Translations under genes and position numbers: made by a program
Virus record (IMG/VR): IMGVR_UViG_3300033518_000101
Span: 1-45,926 of that record
DNA: 45,926 bases
Strand: one strand, 5' to 3'
DNA from: a virus
Lineage: Duplodnaviria > Caudoviricetes
Shown: positions 27,465 through 37,378 of the stretch, in pieces
Layout: each line of letters begins with the position of its first letter
Numbering within the stretch: position 1 is the first letter of the stretch
The notes under the pieces: generated by a model
Database searches by the model: none
What the model was told of the DNA's origin: nothing
The model's input: the letters and a program-made list of their open reading frames with translations, nothing else

Positions 27465-29849
27465 TTAAATTCCTGCAAACTTCTTTAAAAGGGACAAACT
27501 CTCTGCCATAATCTGTTCATCCTCAGACTTGATTGCTGGCTTCTTTAGTTTTGACCTGATTGCATTGTCCTTGCTGCCTGCATATTTAGCCTTAGGTGAT
27601 TCTAGTTTGCCGTCTCCATCAAAATCTTGATCTGCGCTAACTCTGAGTGCCTTTTCAGTGATAGTTCCTTCTTTGGTTACTTCACCTAGGTCTTTGAGGA
27701 CCTGGTTAACCATGATGCTGATGTCGCTGCTACCAAGCTCAGCAGCGTCTGCATGGAATTCAGCTGTTCCCATGACAGCGTCTTCAACGCGGTCTAGTCC
27801 ATACTTTTTCAACAGTGGGAACAGCTTGTTGGTCACCTGCAAACGATGGATGATTGCGTCCTTGACATCCTCAACGTTTGCACCCCATTCTTCTGAACCG
27901 TGGCCGAAAGCCTCAGCCATTGCTTGTGTTGCAGCATTGGTCTTCTTGCTGGTCATAACGTCCTTGGCAATCTCACCTGCAATCGGCGCTTCCTGTGGGC
28001 TTAGACGTTGCCCACGAGCCAGCTTGTCTGCTACACGCTTAAGGTCACGCGCCTTGTTTGGATCGCCGTCGCTGAGTGCTTTTATGATGGTTGGATTGGT
28101 CGCTTTGGCCGCTGTGCCACCAGTTCCGGTTATCCCAGTTCCGGTTGTCCCAGTTGTGGCCACGGTGCCTGCTTCTAGCAGTGCGTTTGCCCAGTTTTCA
28201 AAGCTGGCTACAGCTTCGTGGAAGCCGCCGGTGCGTGTCTTCTTGGCGCCATATACTTCACCTGGGTCCTTGCGAACCTGAGCTGCATATGCTGGATCGC
28301 CGGCCATCTTCTTCATGTCGTCAATATACTTCTTGGCCAACAGCATTGCCAGGCCCTTGTCCTTCTTGTATTCTGGGGTGATCTTGGTTCCAAAGCTTGC
28401 ACCCTCGTCACCAATCTGTAGCGCCATCTCGCTGGCAAAGTTTGCCACAGCGTCAACGTCGTTGCCGATTGCGCGGCTTGCGATGTCACTTAGGATGAAG
28501 CCCAACAGTCCGCCGCCGTTTGTAAACTTGGCGTTCTTGATCATGCTGTCTGCTGCTGGATCCTTGCGTAGGACCAACACAAAGTTTGGATCTGCAATCA
28601 TGCGCTCCACGCTTGATGCTGCTTCTTCAAGCGGCTCTGCAGATTCTGCTGCATCCTCGACGTCCCATTCCATCTCTTCACGGCCTTGTGCTTGTTTCTT
28701 GGCCCAATCCATAGCTGCTTCCTTGGAGTCGATACCTAGTTCGCCAAATGTATCAGCAGTGTCATCAACGCTTGAGTGCTCGTCGCCGTAATCAACGCCG
28801 TTCTCATATGCCCACTCGTCGACCCAATTTGCTAGTTCCCAGTAAAAATCAGGGACGTGGTCTGGGCCAATATTATCTTCAGTCATGGTATATCCTTCTA
28901 GGGCTCTTTGGACGCTTGGAAGAAGATCTTCCATGTTTTCGTTCCATACTTTTAGGGTGAATCGTTCTTTAAGCATTGTAGTGTCGCTGTCGCCGGTCGC
29001 TTCGCTCTTGGTAAAGGCCTCGGCAAATTCCTTGTAGTTCTTTGGGTTGTGTAGGCGCAGGATGCTTTTCTTCTTGGCGTTGTAAGCTTCAATCACCTTG
29101 CTACGAATGTCGCCTGCTTCGGCGTCTTCCATGGCATGCTTGCGCGTCATGCGGGCAAACTTGCTGAGGTTAGCCATCTCAGCTACAGTGCTGATGATGT
29201 GCTGGCCTAGGTCGTCGTATGGGGTGCCGCCTTCGCTCACGTGAACTGCCATGGCGCGCGCACCGTTGAGGTAGTTCACCGGGAACCGGAACCTTTCGCC
29301 ATTGCACTCTACAAAAATGCTCTCGATATATCGGCTCCGAGCGCCCTTGACATTTTCGTCTACGCTCTTACGGTGGGCAACCACCAGCTTGGCATTGCCT
29401 ACGGTCTGATAGCTCTTGCGACGGCTACCGAACATGCTGGATTCTGTTACTTCCACATCTCTCTCCTGATATGGTCCATCTACCTTCTTGATGAAATCGT
29501 AATCTCTGGTGTCAAGTTGGTCCTTGTTGATGTCTCGTGCATCAAAGGCCAACAGGTTACGCTTGCTGAAGAAGCGCAGTTCCTTGAGGAATGCATACCA
29601 GCTGGCGCTGTCCTTCATGCTGTCTACTACGTCGTTGCTGTAGAAGATCTTCAAGCTGCGGTTGTTTACAATGCTGATGCTGATTGGACCAAGTGCCCTA
29701 CCGTTTTCCTTGTAGATGAAGCTGAAGAAGCGAGCCTCATTTGGGCCACTGGTAGATTCGGCGTCCTGGTTGCCAAGGTTGACTGGTGAGAATCGGCTTC
29801 TCAGCAGCTGAAACAGTTCATTAGAGGTTTTGTCGATTGGTTTCGTCAT
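27465..29849 (-). CDS. Large hypothetical late (probably virion/head) protein
   Basis: ~794 aa after ATAAATA; acidic, low-complexity C-terminal half; ends LLKKFAGI. Confidence 0.75.
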   Translation of the reverse strand: MTKPIDKTSNELFQLLRSRFSPVNLGNQDAESTSGPNEARFFSFIYKENGRALGPISISIVNNRSLKIFYSNDVVDSMKDSASWYAFLKELRFFSKRNLLAFDARDINKDQLDTRDYDFIKKVDGPYQERDVEVTESSMFGSRRKSYQTVGNAKLVVAHRKSVDENVKGARSRYIESIFVECNGERFRFPVNYLNGARAMAVHVSEGGTPYDDLGQHIISTVAEMANLSKFARMTRKHAMEDAEAGDIRSKVIEAYNAKKKSILRLHNPKNYKEFAEAFTKSEATGDSDTTMLKERFTLKVWNENMEDLLPSVQRALEGYTMTEDNIGPDHVPDFYWELANWVDEWAYENGVDYGDEHSSVDDTADTFGELGIDSKEAAMDWAKKQAQGREEMEWDVEDAAESAEPLEEAASSVERMIADPNFVLVLRKDPAADSMIKNAKFTNGGGLLGFILSDIASRAIGNDVDAVANFASEMALQIGDEGASFGTKITPEYKKDKGLAMLLAKKYIDDMKKMAGDPAYAAQVRKDPGEVYGAKKTRTGGFHEAVASFENWANALLEAGTVATTGTTGTGITGTGGTAAKATNPTIIKALSDGDPNKARDLKRVADKLARGQRLSPQEAPIAGEIAKDVMTSKKTNAATQAMAEAFGHGSEEWGANVEDVKDAIIHRLQVTNKLFPLLKKYGLDRVEDAVMGTAEFHADAAELGSSDISIMVNQVLKDLGEVTKEGTITEKALRVSADQDFDGDGKLESPKAKYAGSKDNAIRSKLKKPAIKSEDEQIMAESLSLLKKFAGI

Positions 29850-29882
29850 GATGGGCTGCACTTGTTCATGCAGTATTTATGC

Positions 29883-30565
29883 CTAAGCGCGAAGTTGACG
29901 TCCTGGCTTCCATCCTTGTTGTAGATAGAGGTTGACCTCTTCCGTCGGAACGTGCTTACATTGCTGTAGATTGTCATTGATAATATAAGTCCGCCCTTTC
30001 CTTGCCGCAGAGATTCTCTTTCTTGTTTCTTCAGAGTGCTTCTTTCCAAGACCGATTGCCGGTCTCTTTGCCCTGGTCTCGGCCGAGATGGGCTTTCCGC
30101 GACGCGCGTCTGACATCTTTGCTTTTGACTCGTAGAGTGTTTCCTCCTAAGAGCGGCCTCTGATAGCTTTGTCCTGTGTTCAGCCGAGGTGGGCTTCCTT
30201 GCTTTGCCGCACTGCGCCTCTGAGATCTTTTACTTAGACTCAGCTGAGCAAAGCTTGCCGCTGGTGTTTCTAAAGCGGACCTTGTTACCATAAGAGCAGT
30301 GCTTGTTTACCAGCCGGGGATCGCACCAGTGCTCAAATATAGTCAGTTGCTCAAAGTCATATGCGTCGTCTGCCCCGGTTGGAAGATAGAACTCAGCCAA
30401 GACGGTTTGGCTGTATTCCTCGAACGGGTATGACAACCTCTTGGTGCTGGTTTTGTATATGTGACCGAAGTCCTTCTCAGCTGGCACAGTGTTGGCGGCA
30501 CGATAGCCGATATAGAACTCACCACTTGGGTGGTCTATGCGATAGACGTATGGGTAAATATTCAT
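29883..30565 (-). pseudogene. GIY-YIG/NUMOD3 element, copy B (in-frame stop plus frameshift)
   Basis: MNIYPYVYRIDHPSGEFYIGYR...; TAA at 30230-30232; NUMOD3 repeats continue in other frames to GWKPGR. Confidence 0.85.
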
Positions 30566-30625
30566 GCTGTTGTCCTGTTACAATAGAGTAGTTGGGGTTG
30601 CAGCCCGCGAACTACACTTATTTAT
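30566..30625 (-). promoter_or_regulatory. Conserved late promoter plus two-hairpin leader (copy B)
   Basis: ATAAATAAGTGTAGTTCGCGGGCTGCAACCCCAACTACTCTATTGTAACAGGACAACAGC-ATG. Confidence 0.85.
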
Positions 30626-30626
30626 C

Positions 30627-31727
30627 CTACAAAACTATAAAGGGCATTGGCAGTATCTCGGTGTCGTATCCATCCTTGAGGCGCTTTTGGATCTCTGGAT
30701 CGTAGTTTTGCAGCAAAACGGCCATGCGCAGTGTTAGTATGGTGCTCATAACAAGGTCATCTGTTTCTCCCGGCTTGGCGGCATAGCTGTTGCCTACTGC
30801 CACAAACTGCTTGAACTCACTGAGTAGGTTCTTGCTGTTTACGACCAGTCTCTTCGATTCAACCAGGCTCTTGAGTTTTGCGCAGGCATTGAGTTTGTTT
30901 TTGTTAGTGGTGTTGAAGCCTTTTCTATAGCCTCTTGCCTGGCCTGCCCTGTATGGCTCGCTAAGGAACACGCCTGCAATGTTTTCCTCACCTACTTCAC
31001 TGATGCTGATTAGTGCTGCTTCGCCTAGTGTGTTGTTCTCCACGCTGTAGTATACGTCGTTGTTGTTCTGGATGGTGTCTACAATGTAGCGGGTGATCTC
31101 CGCCAGGATGCGCACCTGCTTTTGGATTGGCGTCTTGTTGTGCTGCCACTCAGCCACCTGGATCATGTCCGGCAGCTCGTAGACCTGGATAGCAGCGTTA
31201 TCGCCGCCCGTGCCCAGGCTGGGGTCAAGGCCCACTGCATAGATGCGGCCTTTCTCAGGCACCTTCCACCAGCGCACCTGTCCTTGGCGCTGAACTGGCT
31301 CTTGCCCTTCTAGCTCTAGCAGTGTCAAGGGGCTGATCAGTGTCTCGTCGTAAATGACGGGTTCACAGTTTGAGACTAATATGTCATTGGCATAAAATCT
31401 GTTGCCCTTTTCTACATTGTAAATGTCATACACTGATTGGGTGACGTTTTTAACTATGCCGACAACAATTTCTAACCCTTGATCAGAAATAATACAATCA
31501 CCCACTGTCAAATCTACTATTGCTTTTTTAACATTCCCTTCGCAATAAATTTCATGGTCTAAGGTTGCGGTTAAATTTGTATTTTTTGTTATGATTGTAT
31601 ACGTTGGTTGAATACCTTTTTCTAATAGACCTTCAAACTTACTCCAGCCAGTATCGGTCAGTATTTCGATGTTTTTATTGTTTTTTATTAGTTGATCGAC
31701 CACGGTGCCATCCTTCTGGTTGTTCAT
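30627..31727 (-). CDS. Terminase large subunit C-part (nuclease) with an N-terminal IntC split-intein fragment
   Basis: ILTDTGW, ATLDHEI, VYDIYNV..FYANDILVSN|CEP; then LDPSLGTGGD, VENN, DDLVM. Alternative GTG start at 31703. Confidence 0.9.
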   Translation of the reverse strand: MNNQKDGTVVDQLIKNNKNIEILTDTGWSKFEGLLEKGIQPTYTIITKNTNLTATLDHEIYCEGNVKKAIVDLTVGDCIISDQGLEIVVGIVKNVTQSVYDIYNVEKGNRFYANDILVSNCEPVIYDETLISPLTLLELEGQEPVQRQGQVRWWKVPEKGRIYAVGLDPSLGTGGDNAAIQVYELPDMIQVAEWQHNKTPIQKQVRILAEITRYIVDTIQNNNDVYYSVENNTLGEAALISISEVGEENIAGVFLSEPYRAGQARGYRKGFNTTNKNKLNACAKLKSLVESKRLVVNSKNLLSEFKQFVAVGNSYAAKPGETDDLVMSTILTLRMAVLLQNYDPEIQKRLKDGYDTEILPMPFIVL

Positions 31728-32382
31728 TCTCTTTAAATTGCCTAGACTCTACGTTATCGGTATACCACATCAACCCTTTTTTGCCGTTGGTTGTTTTTTT
31801 GAGTCTTCCGTCTCGATATCCAATTGGGCATGTATCTGCATAGGTCTCTGAGTCGCCGTTGTTATACCAATGTTTTCCTTTTGCAGCGCCAGGCTTTCCT
31901 TTTTTTGCATTGCTAATTTTTTGCCCTCGTTCGGCATTGCTCAGATAGTTATAGTAGTCAGGTTGACTTCTAATAATCTCTTGTTTGGCTCGAGTTTCTG
32001 CTGACCACTTCCGTCCTTTGAGAGAGTCTGAGATTTTTCTTTTAGTATCTGCACCGAGGTGTGTTCCATATCTGCAATTTTCTTCGCCTTGTGGGCGAAT
32101 CATTCCCTTTAAGACTTCAGACATCTTCCGTCTGTGCTCATCAGAAGGCCTCCAGTTCGAAGGGTTTCCTCTGTTTGCATTTGACATTATCTCTCTTATA
32201 CGTTCTTCATGTCCCATCATCCCACTTAAACTTAGCCAGGCTACCCTGTCTTGCCATCTTCCATGCTCTTCAAACAACAGCCGATGTGCAGCGGCATGTT
32301 CTTCGATTGTGAGCAGAACCAAATTTGAAGAATCGTCTGGTCCGCCAGCGTGCTTGGGTATAATGTGATGTTTGTGTTTCAT
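31675..32382 (-). CDS. HNH/NUMOD homing endonuclease between the TerL halves
   Basis: HKHHIIPKHAGG.D..SNLV.LT..EH..AH; NUMOD3 repeats; WYNNG/GWHRGR motifs. Confidence 0.88.
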   Translation of the reverse strand: MKHKHHIIPKHAGGPDDSSNLVLLTIEEHAAAHRLLFEEHGRWQDRVAWLSLSGMMGHEERIREIMSNANRGNPSNWRPSDEHRRKMSEVLKGMIRPQGEENCRYGTHLGADTKRKISDSLKGRKWSAETRAKQEIIRSQPDYYNYLSNAERGQKISNAKKGKPGAAKGKHWYNNGDSETYADTCPIGYRDGRLKKTTNGKKGLMWYTDNVESRQFKENEQPEGWHRGRSTNKKQ

Positions 32383-32408
32383 GCTATATTTATCCGTTTC
32401 GTCATATA

Positions 32409-33329
32409 TTACGAGTTTAGAATGGATTTTAATTCTTCAATTGACACTTTCATGATTTCTCCAGACTCTAGTTTTATGTCAATCATTGAATTTCCTGCCA
32501 GGCACATATGCTCACGCTTGAAGCGTTCTTCGCCGATCCTGCTCTGCTCTTCCTTCTGCCACGTTGCGTCGCGCTCGGGGTGCTTGTCCCAGGTTGCGAT
32601 GTAGTTTGCAAAGCCGTTCTTGCCCAGCTTGGTCCAGTTGCCAAACTCGTCTGTGTTCTTGTTGGCTTCCTTCCAGATCAACCAGAACTGGTCTTCGTCG
32701 CTGTTGGGCGTTGAGGTGATGATGGCCTTACCACCTGTTGCCAGGGTAGGGCTGATACTGGTCCAGAACTCTTTGGCAATGCTGGGGCGGACGAACGCAA
32801 ATTCGTCGCAGTATAGCAGCGTGATACTCATACCACGTCCGGTTGTTTCTGTCGTTGTTTGGCTTACGATGCGGCTGCCATTCTCAAACTCAATGCTGCC
32901 CTTGTTGTAGCTGGTGGCGCCGGCTCGGATATGGTCTGGGCACAGTTCATAGGCGTAGCGGATACGCTGCATGATCTCTTGCGCACCAGTGTATTTGTGC
33001 GCTGCGATCAAGATGGTGCTGTCTGGCACAAACATGGCATACCACAGTAGGTAGCCAGCCGCAGTGGTGGTCTTGCCCATCTGACGACCAAGCAGGTTGA
33101 TGCTAAAGCGGTTGGTGTGGTAGCACCTGATCAGCTCTTTCTGGTAAGGAAAGGGTTTGTAGCTCATGCGCCCACGAGTAGGGTGCTGGATGTTGAAGAA
33201 ATGGCTGGTAAAGTAGTATGGCCCAGTCTCTGGATCGGCACACTTGGCAAACTCAATGAGCTGCTGGTCGGTCCAGTTCTGCTTCTGGTGCGGGCGTTTG
33301 ACCAGCACGTTGTCTAAAATTTGTGTCAT
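32409..33329 (-). CDS. Terminase large subunit N-part (ATPase) ending in a 31-aa IntN fragment
   Basis: RQMGKTT, GRGMS, YCDEFAF, TSTPN, FKREHM|CLAGNSMI...ILNS*. Confidence 0.93.
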   Translation of the reverse strand: MTQILDNVLVKRPHQKQNWTDQQLIEFAKCADPETGPYYFTSHFFNIQHPTRGRMSYKPFPYQKELIRCYHTNRFSINLLGRQMGKTTTAAGYLLWYAMFVPDSTILIAAHKYTGAQEIMQRIRYAYELCPDHIRAGATSYNKGSIEFENGSRIVSQTTTETTGRGMSITLLYCDEFAFVRPSIAKEFWTSISPTLATGGKAIITSTPNSDEDQFWLIWKEANKNTDEFGNWTKLGKNGFANYIATWDKHPERDATWQKEEQSRIGEERFKREHMCLAGNSMIDIKLESGEIMKVSIEELKSILNS

Positions 33330-33341
33330 TCTGGCAAACTT

Positions 33342-33608
33342 TCAGTTGATGAATTTGGATTCATGTGTTATATTTCTAAAGTAGCCGGGTCCGTAGACCG
33401 GGTCAGTGTAGCACAAGTAGATTGTGTTTATCTTAGCCTCTATGTTACGGTGCCAGTGATCGAGAAAACGCTTCATACAAGGGGAACGAGGAAACATATC
33501 TATCGTCTGCCAATTGAACTCTTGCAATACGCTGGGATAATCCGGCATATAGTAGTAGATTTGGATCATTGTTGTCTGTTCTATTACAATCGAGGGTTCA
33601 CTACGCAT
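33342..33608 (-). CDS. Usg-like protein
   Basis: IYYYMPDYPSVLQEFNWQTID.FP..P.MKRFLDHW..NIEA resembles the Usg-family pattern. Confidence 0.7.
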   Translation of the reverse strand: MRSEPSIVIEQTTMIQIYYYMPDYPSVLQEFNWQTIDMFPRSPCMKRFLDHWHRNIEAKINTIYLCYTDPVYGPGYFRNITHESKFIN

Positions 33609-33620
33609 ATAAATATTTAT
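33608..33620. promoter_or_regulatory. Palindromic bidirectional late promoter
   Basis: The ATAAATATTTAT palindrome (33609-33620) gives ATAAATA on both strands between divergent genes. Confidence 0.65.
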
Positions 33621-33642
33621 GTCAAACAGAAGAGAAAGCATC

Positions 33643-34164
33643 ATGAGCGACACCCTAATCCTTAACGCAGACCACAGACCACTTAGCTTCCTGCCACTCA
33701 GCACGATTCCGTGGCAGCAAGCAATGCGTCTACATTTCCTCGACCGTATCACAATCCTCGAATACTACGATGATTGGGACGTGCATACCAGCAAGCGCAG
33801 CTTCGCGGTTCCTGCACTGGCGGTCACCAAGGAATACATGAAATACAAGAAGGGGGTGCGCTTCAGCCGTAAAGGTGTTTACCTGCGCGATCTGTATACC
33901 TGTGCATACTGTAACGAAACGTTCAATGATCGCGACCTGACGCTGGACCACGTTGTGCCAGCCAGCAAGGGCGGTAAGACCAACTGGACCAACATCGTTA
34001 CCGCTTGCAAGACGTGTAACCACAAGAAGGGCGACAAGATCATGCTTCCAAAGAGCATGCCTTACAAGCCTGAATACTGGCACATCGTTGGCGCAATTCT
34101 TGCGAACGGTCACTACAACATCAAACACCCAAGCTGGGAACGCTACATCAACATTGGTCAATAG
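33643..34164 (+). CDS. HNH endonuclease (zinc-binding CxxC type)
   Basis: LNAD..PL, RD..TCAYC, LTLDHVVP.SKGG...WTNIVTAC..CN..KG. Confidence 0.9.
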   Translation: MSDTLILNADHRPLSFLPLSTIPWQQAMRLHFLDRITILEYYDDWDVHTSKRSFAVPALAVTKEYMKYKKGVRFSRKGVYLRDLYTCAYCNETFNDRDLTLDHVVPASKGGKTNWTNIVTACKTCNHKKGDKIMLPKSMPYKPEYWHIVGAILANGHYNIKHPSWERYINIGQ

Positions 34165-34167
34165 GAG

Positions 34168-34934
34168 TCAGAACGGCTTCTCGCCTGTAAGACGGCAGTT
34201 GGCCCCGTGCCACCGACGGTAATTACCTAAGGTGGCAACCTTGCCGCAGTGTTCGCAGGTTGTCTTTCCGCGTTCCATAGACTCTAAGTAAGCCTGGCGC
34301 TCATCTGCGCTGGGCTTTCTTCCTATGATCTTGGCCCGCTGTTTGGCTATTTGCTCTGGCGACTTGGGTTTGCCGCGGTGGATTTCTCCTAACTTACGAC
34401 GGTGCTCCTCACTCATTGGGCCTCGTTTCTTGCCTAAGTTAGCCTCTCTGAGTTTTTGTTTTGTTTCCTCAGAACATGGAGTTCCAGATCTGCCTGCTTG
34501 CCTCATTGACTGTGCAGATTTTTGCTCGTCCGTTCTTATCTTGCCAGCATTTTTACCCTTCAACGATTCCGACAGTCTTTGCTTAGATTCTTCACTCATT
34601 GGGCCTCTCTTTTTGCCTTTATGCGCTGCTGAGATTTTTTGCTTAGTTTCCTCCGACAGTGTGTTGCCAGGTAGTGCGCCTGGGCCTCCGTCGCCGCCAT
34701 TTGTTCGGTTTCTGAGTATGCCAGTGTTCTGATCTATACGACCATGCCATCGTATAAGGCGACGCTCAATTGCTAGAGCCCCTACTTCTGTCAATCCAGA
34801 CTCGATAACAACAATGCGATTTTTACCAGGCTTTACTACTTCATTTTTGCCTTTGGCCCAGGCTCGGTTGCGTTGCCCTTAATATAGTAAGGCGTGCCAT
34901 CATCTCTTAAATATGCGTAAACGTAGTAGTTCAT
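34168..34934 (-). pseudogene. GIY-YIG/NUMOD3 endonuclease, frameshifted near the catalytic motif
   Basis: MNYYVYAYLRDDGTPYYI(K)G, then a frameshift into RAW...ALAIERRLIRWHGR..GILRNRTNGGDG; NUMOD3 repeats; C-terminal CEHC. Confidence 0.8.
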
Positions 34935-34963
34935 ACGTTTATTTATCACCAGTCAAGCAAAGC

Positions 34964-35197
34964 TTACTTTTTCTGGTCAAACGGTGTTGTATTTGTCAAA
35001 AAAGGCAAAGTGAACCACAAGCGGAACCATTCTTCGGTGCCTGGTTTAATGTTGTGCTCTCGTTGTATGTTGGATTTTTCCATACCTGTCAGGCTGATGT
35101 TACTGCCTGTCTCAGCCCCGGTATAGGGCTGCATATTAGCAGAATTGGCGGGTTTGATGCCCGCCAATAACCGCATTCTGTCTAGATCGTCGTCCAC
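34964..35197 (-). CDS. Small hypothetical protein
   Basis: RLLAGI and HNIKPGTEEWFRLWF motifs. Confidence 0.7.
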   Translation of the reverse strand: MDDDLDRMRLLAGIKPANSANMQPYTGAETGSNISLTGMEKSNIQREHNIKPGTEEWFRLWFTLPFLTNTTPFDQKK

Positions 35198-35368
35198 TTA
35201 ATCGGCTGATACCATACGGTATACACCGTAAACGATAGCAACATAAGCCACGTAGATTGCAATTGGCTGGAACAGCACAAAAGCTGCGCCGGCGGCTGCA
35301 ATCACTGCACCGTCAAGAGTGCTCATTTCAGTTAGTCGTGCTTTAACGTAAGCGATGATTAGGTCCAT
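35198..35368 (-). CDS. Small two-TM membrane protein
   Basis: MDLIIAYVKARLTEMSTLDG...; AAGGA RBS. Confidence 0.7.
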   Translation of the reverse strand: MDLIIAYVKARLTEMSTLDGAVIAAAGAAFVLFQPIAIYVAYVAIVYGVYRMVSAD

Positions 35369-35369
35369 T

Positions 35370-36149
35370 TCATTCCTTGAGTATGTCTGCCATGATAGCT
35401 TTGAACTTGCCTTCAAATGCTTTCATTGGGTTGTCGCCACCAGCGGCTGCTGGATAGCCTTTCTTCTTCTTGTGCATGTCGCCACCGCTGCCGGTAACCG
35501 CACTAGCGTCTTGTGTGCTTTCGTCAGGTGAGTTAGCATAGATGCTAGCGTTGCCTGCCTCTTTCACTTCTTCATCGTCTTCGTCGTCATCGGCATCGTC
35601 TTCGTCGTCATCAGCTTCACCGTCTACGACCATTTTTTCGTCGTCATCGGCATCGTCTTCATCATCAGTGTCGTCATCTTCGTCATCCCAGCTGTCTGCT
35701 GGAAGGGCTGCAAACGCCGCTGTAACTTGGTCGCCGTTTGACACTGGTGGGGCTGGTTCTGGGGTAACTGGAGCAAGTGGTGCTTCAGGTGCTGGTGCAG
35801 CCGCAACAGGTGCTGCGGCTAGTGCTGGCACTGGGCTAAGTGAGCCTGCAACTGGGCTCATACCGGCTAGCTTGCGCATACCGTTGATCAGTTCCATTGC
35901 TTCTTCACCGTCGGCGCTCAAGGTCACTGCTTCTTCAACAGCTTCCTTCTTCTTGTCCTTGCTGTCGGCATCTTTGCTTGCAGAGTCAGCTTTATACTTC
36001 TTCCACTCAGCTTTTTTGCCGTCGGCATCGCCTTCTTTAGCGCCAGGGCGATCCTTGCTGTCAAGCCATGGCTTTTTGCTTTCGTTTGCCTTTTTAACAG
36101 GCTTTGCTTGAGCAATGCTGTCTAGGCTCTCTAGTAGTTTTTTGAACAT
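35370..36149 (-). CDS. Acidic low-complexity putative head core/scaffold protein
   Basis: Asp/Glu tracts, Ala/Pro linker, MRKLAGM. Confidence 0.7.
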   Translation of the reverse strand: MFKKLLESLDSIAQAKPVKKANESKKPWLDSKDRPGAKEGDADGKKAEWKKYKADSASKDADSKDKKKEAVEEAVTLSADGEEAMELINGMRKLAGMSPVAGSLSPVPALAAAPVAAAPAPEAPLAPVTPEPAPPVSNGDQVTAAFAALPADSWDDEDDDTDDEDDADDDEKMVVDGEADDDEDDADDDEDDEEVKEAGNASIYANSPDESTQDASAVTGSGGDMHKKKKGYPAAAGGDNPMKAFEGKFKAIMADILKE

Positions 36150-36166
36150 TTCAATCTCTTTCTAAA

Positions 36167-37315
36167 TTAGCGGCGCGAACGCGGTGTGAAGCCGGCCATA
36201 TGGTTAACCAAGCGTTGAACTGGAGTGAAGTATCTACGGTTGTTGCGTGGGTCAACAACCTGCTTATACACTACAGTTGGTGCTTTGGTAGCGTTTGGCG
36301 GAGCATATGTAGCAGCGTCAGCGCGACCTTGCATGTAAGCAAAGCGGATGTCGTTATCATAGATGCGATCTGCAACGCTGGTGTTAGCCAGATTGGTAGT
36401 AGCAACACCAGTTGACGGACGAATGCCACCGATGACTTGAACCTTTGACAGGTTGCCGTCAATGCGGGCCATTTGCTGGTCTAGGTAAGTGCAGAGGCTA
36501 CCAATTTGATCCAGTGACAAGCTTTGCCCAGGGGTCTTTAGTGCTCGCTTTAGGTCACGAACGGCTGCAAGAGCGTCGTCAACCAACGTTGGGTCGCTGA
36601 TTCTCCAGCCTGCACCAGTGCGGAAGCTGCTGATGTTTGCAGTAGTTTGGGTGGTCTTTTGAATCGTAGTCAAACGGTTTTCAATTGCCGCTGCATTCCC
36701 AGTCCATGACAACCAGCTTGAAGCTGAAATACGGTTGATCATGCTTGGGTCGCCTACGCTGAACGAAACAGTTAGGCTGGTGCCATCTGGAGGAGCAATG
36801 TCAAAGTTCAACCAAGCAAAGCTGTCGGCAGTTAGCGTTACAGTGAAGCCACCTGTGTATGCTGCGCTGGTTGTGTTGTTGTAGATGCTCACGTTTGATG
36901 GTGCGCCGCGGTCAGTAAAGCGGAAACGAGTGCTTTCGCCGTTGCCTACAATGTCCATTGACTGCAATGCTGCGCTGTCGTCGTCTAGTAGGTCTGTGCA
37001 AAGCTGCTCACGCAACTCACGGGCCTTCTGGATGTCAAACGCTGCATCGCTGCTGGCTGTTACCAGTGGGCGCTGTGGGGCAACTGGTGATTGCAGTTGC
37101 GCAACGAATGGAATGGTGTTCCATGCGTTGAGTGGTTGTGCATATTTTACAGCCGCAGCTGGTAGATCAGGTGTGCCGCTAACAATACGAGTGCTACCAA
37201 TGGAAGCAATGTTAGGCGCGCCTGAGATACGACCTGCGGTGATTGTTTGCTGCGCTGGTGGGGCGCTAGGTATATTGACGTTTACAATCGTTGTTGTTCT
37301 TCTTCTGCTTCCCAT
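36167..37315 (-). CDS. Hypothetical late protein
   Basis: 382 aa; GTAAATA (37340-37346) and an AAGGA RBS. Confidence 0.75.
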   Translation of the reverse strand: MGSRRRTTTIVNVNIPSAPPAQQTITAGRISGAPNIASIGSTRIVSGTPDLPAAAVKYAQPLNAWNTIPFVAQLQSPVAPQRPLVTASSDAAFDIQKARELREQLCTDLLDDDSAALQSMDIVGNGESTRFRFTDRGAPSNVSIYNNTTSAAYTGGFTVTLTADSFAWLNFDIAPPDGTSLTVSFSVGDPSMINRISASSWLSWTGNAAAIENRLTTIQKTTQTTANISSFRTGAGWRISDPTLVDDALAAVRDLKRALKTPGQSLSLDQIGSLCTYLDQQMARIDGNLSKVQVIGGIRPSTGVATTNLANTSVADRIYDNDIRFAYMQGRADAATYAPPNATKAPTVVYKQVVDPRNNRRYFTPVQRLVNHMAGFTPRSRR

Positions 37316-37378
37316 TGGGGTATCCTTAGTTGTATCTAGTATTTACCAGAAACACGTTATTTACACATCGAGCGCGAT

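Noticed and set aside
12323-30232. Stop-codon recoding as the cause of broken genes
   Set aside because: The lesions include frameshifts and different stop types, and intact genes end normally in TAA, TAG and TGA.
31675-32408. Group I intron interrupting terL
   Set aside because: There is no room for an intron core, and both flanks carry clear intein blocks.
35542-36111. Ser-rich 189-aa plus-strand ORF and GAC/GAT repeats
   Set aside because: Antisense shadow of the acidic minus-strand gene; the repeats are Asp/Glu codons.
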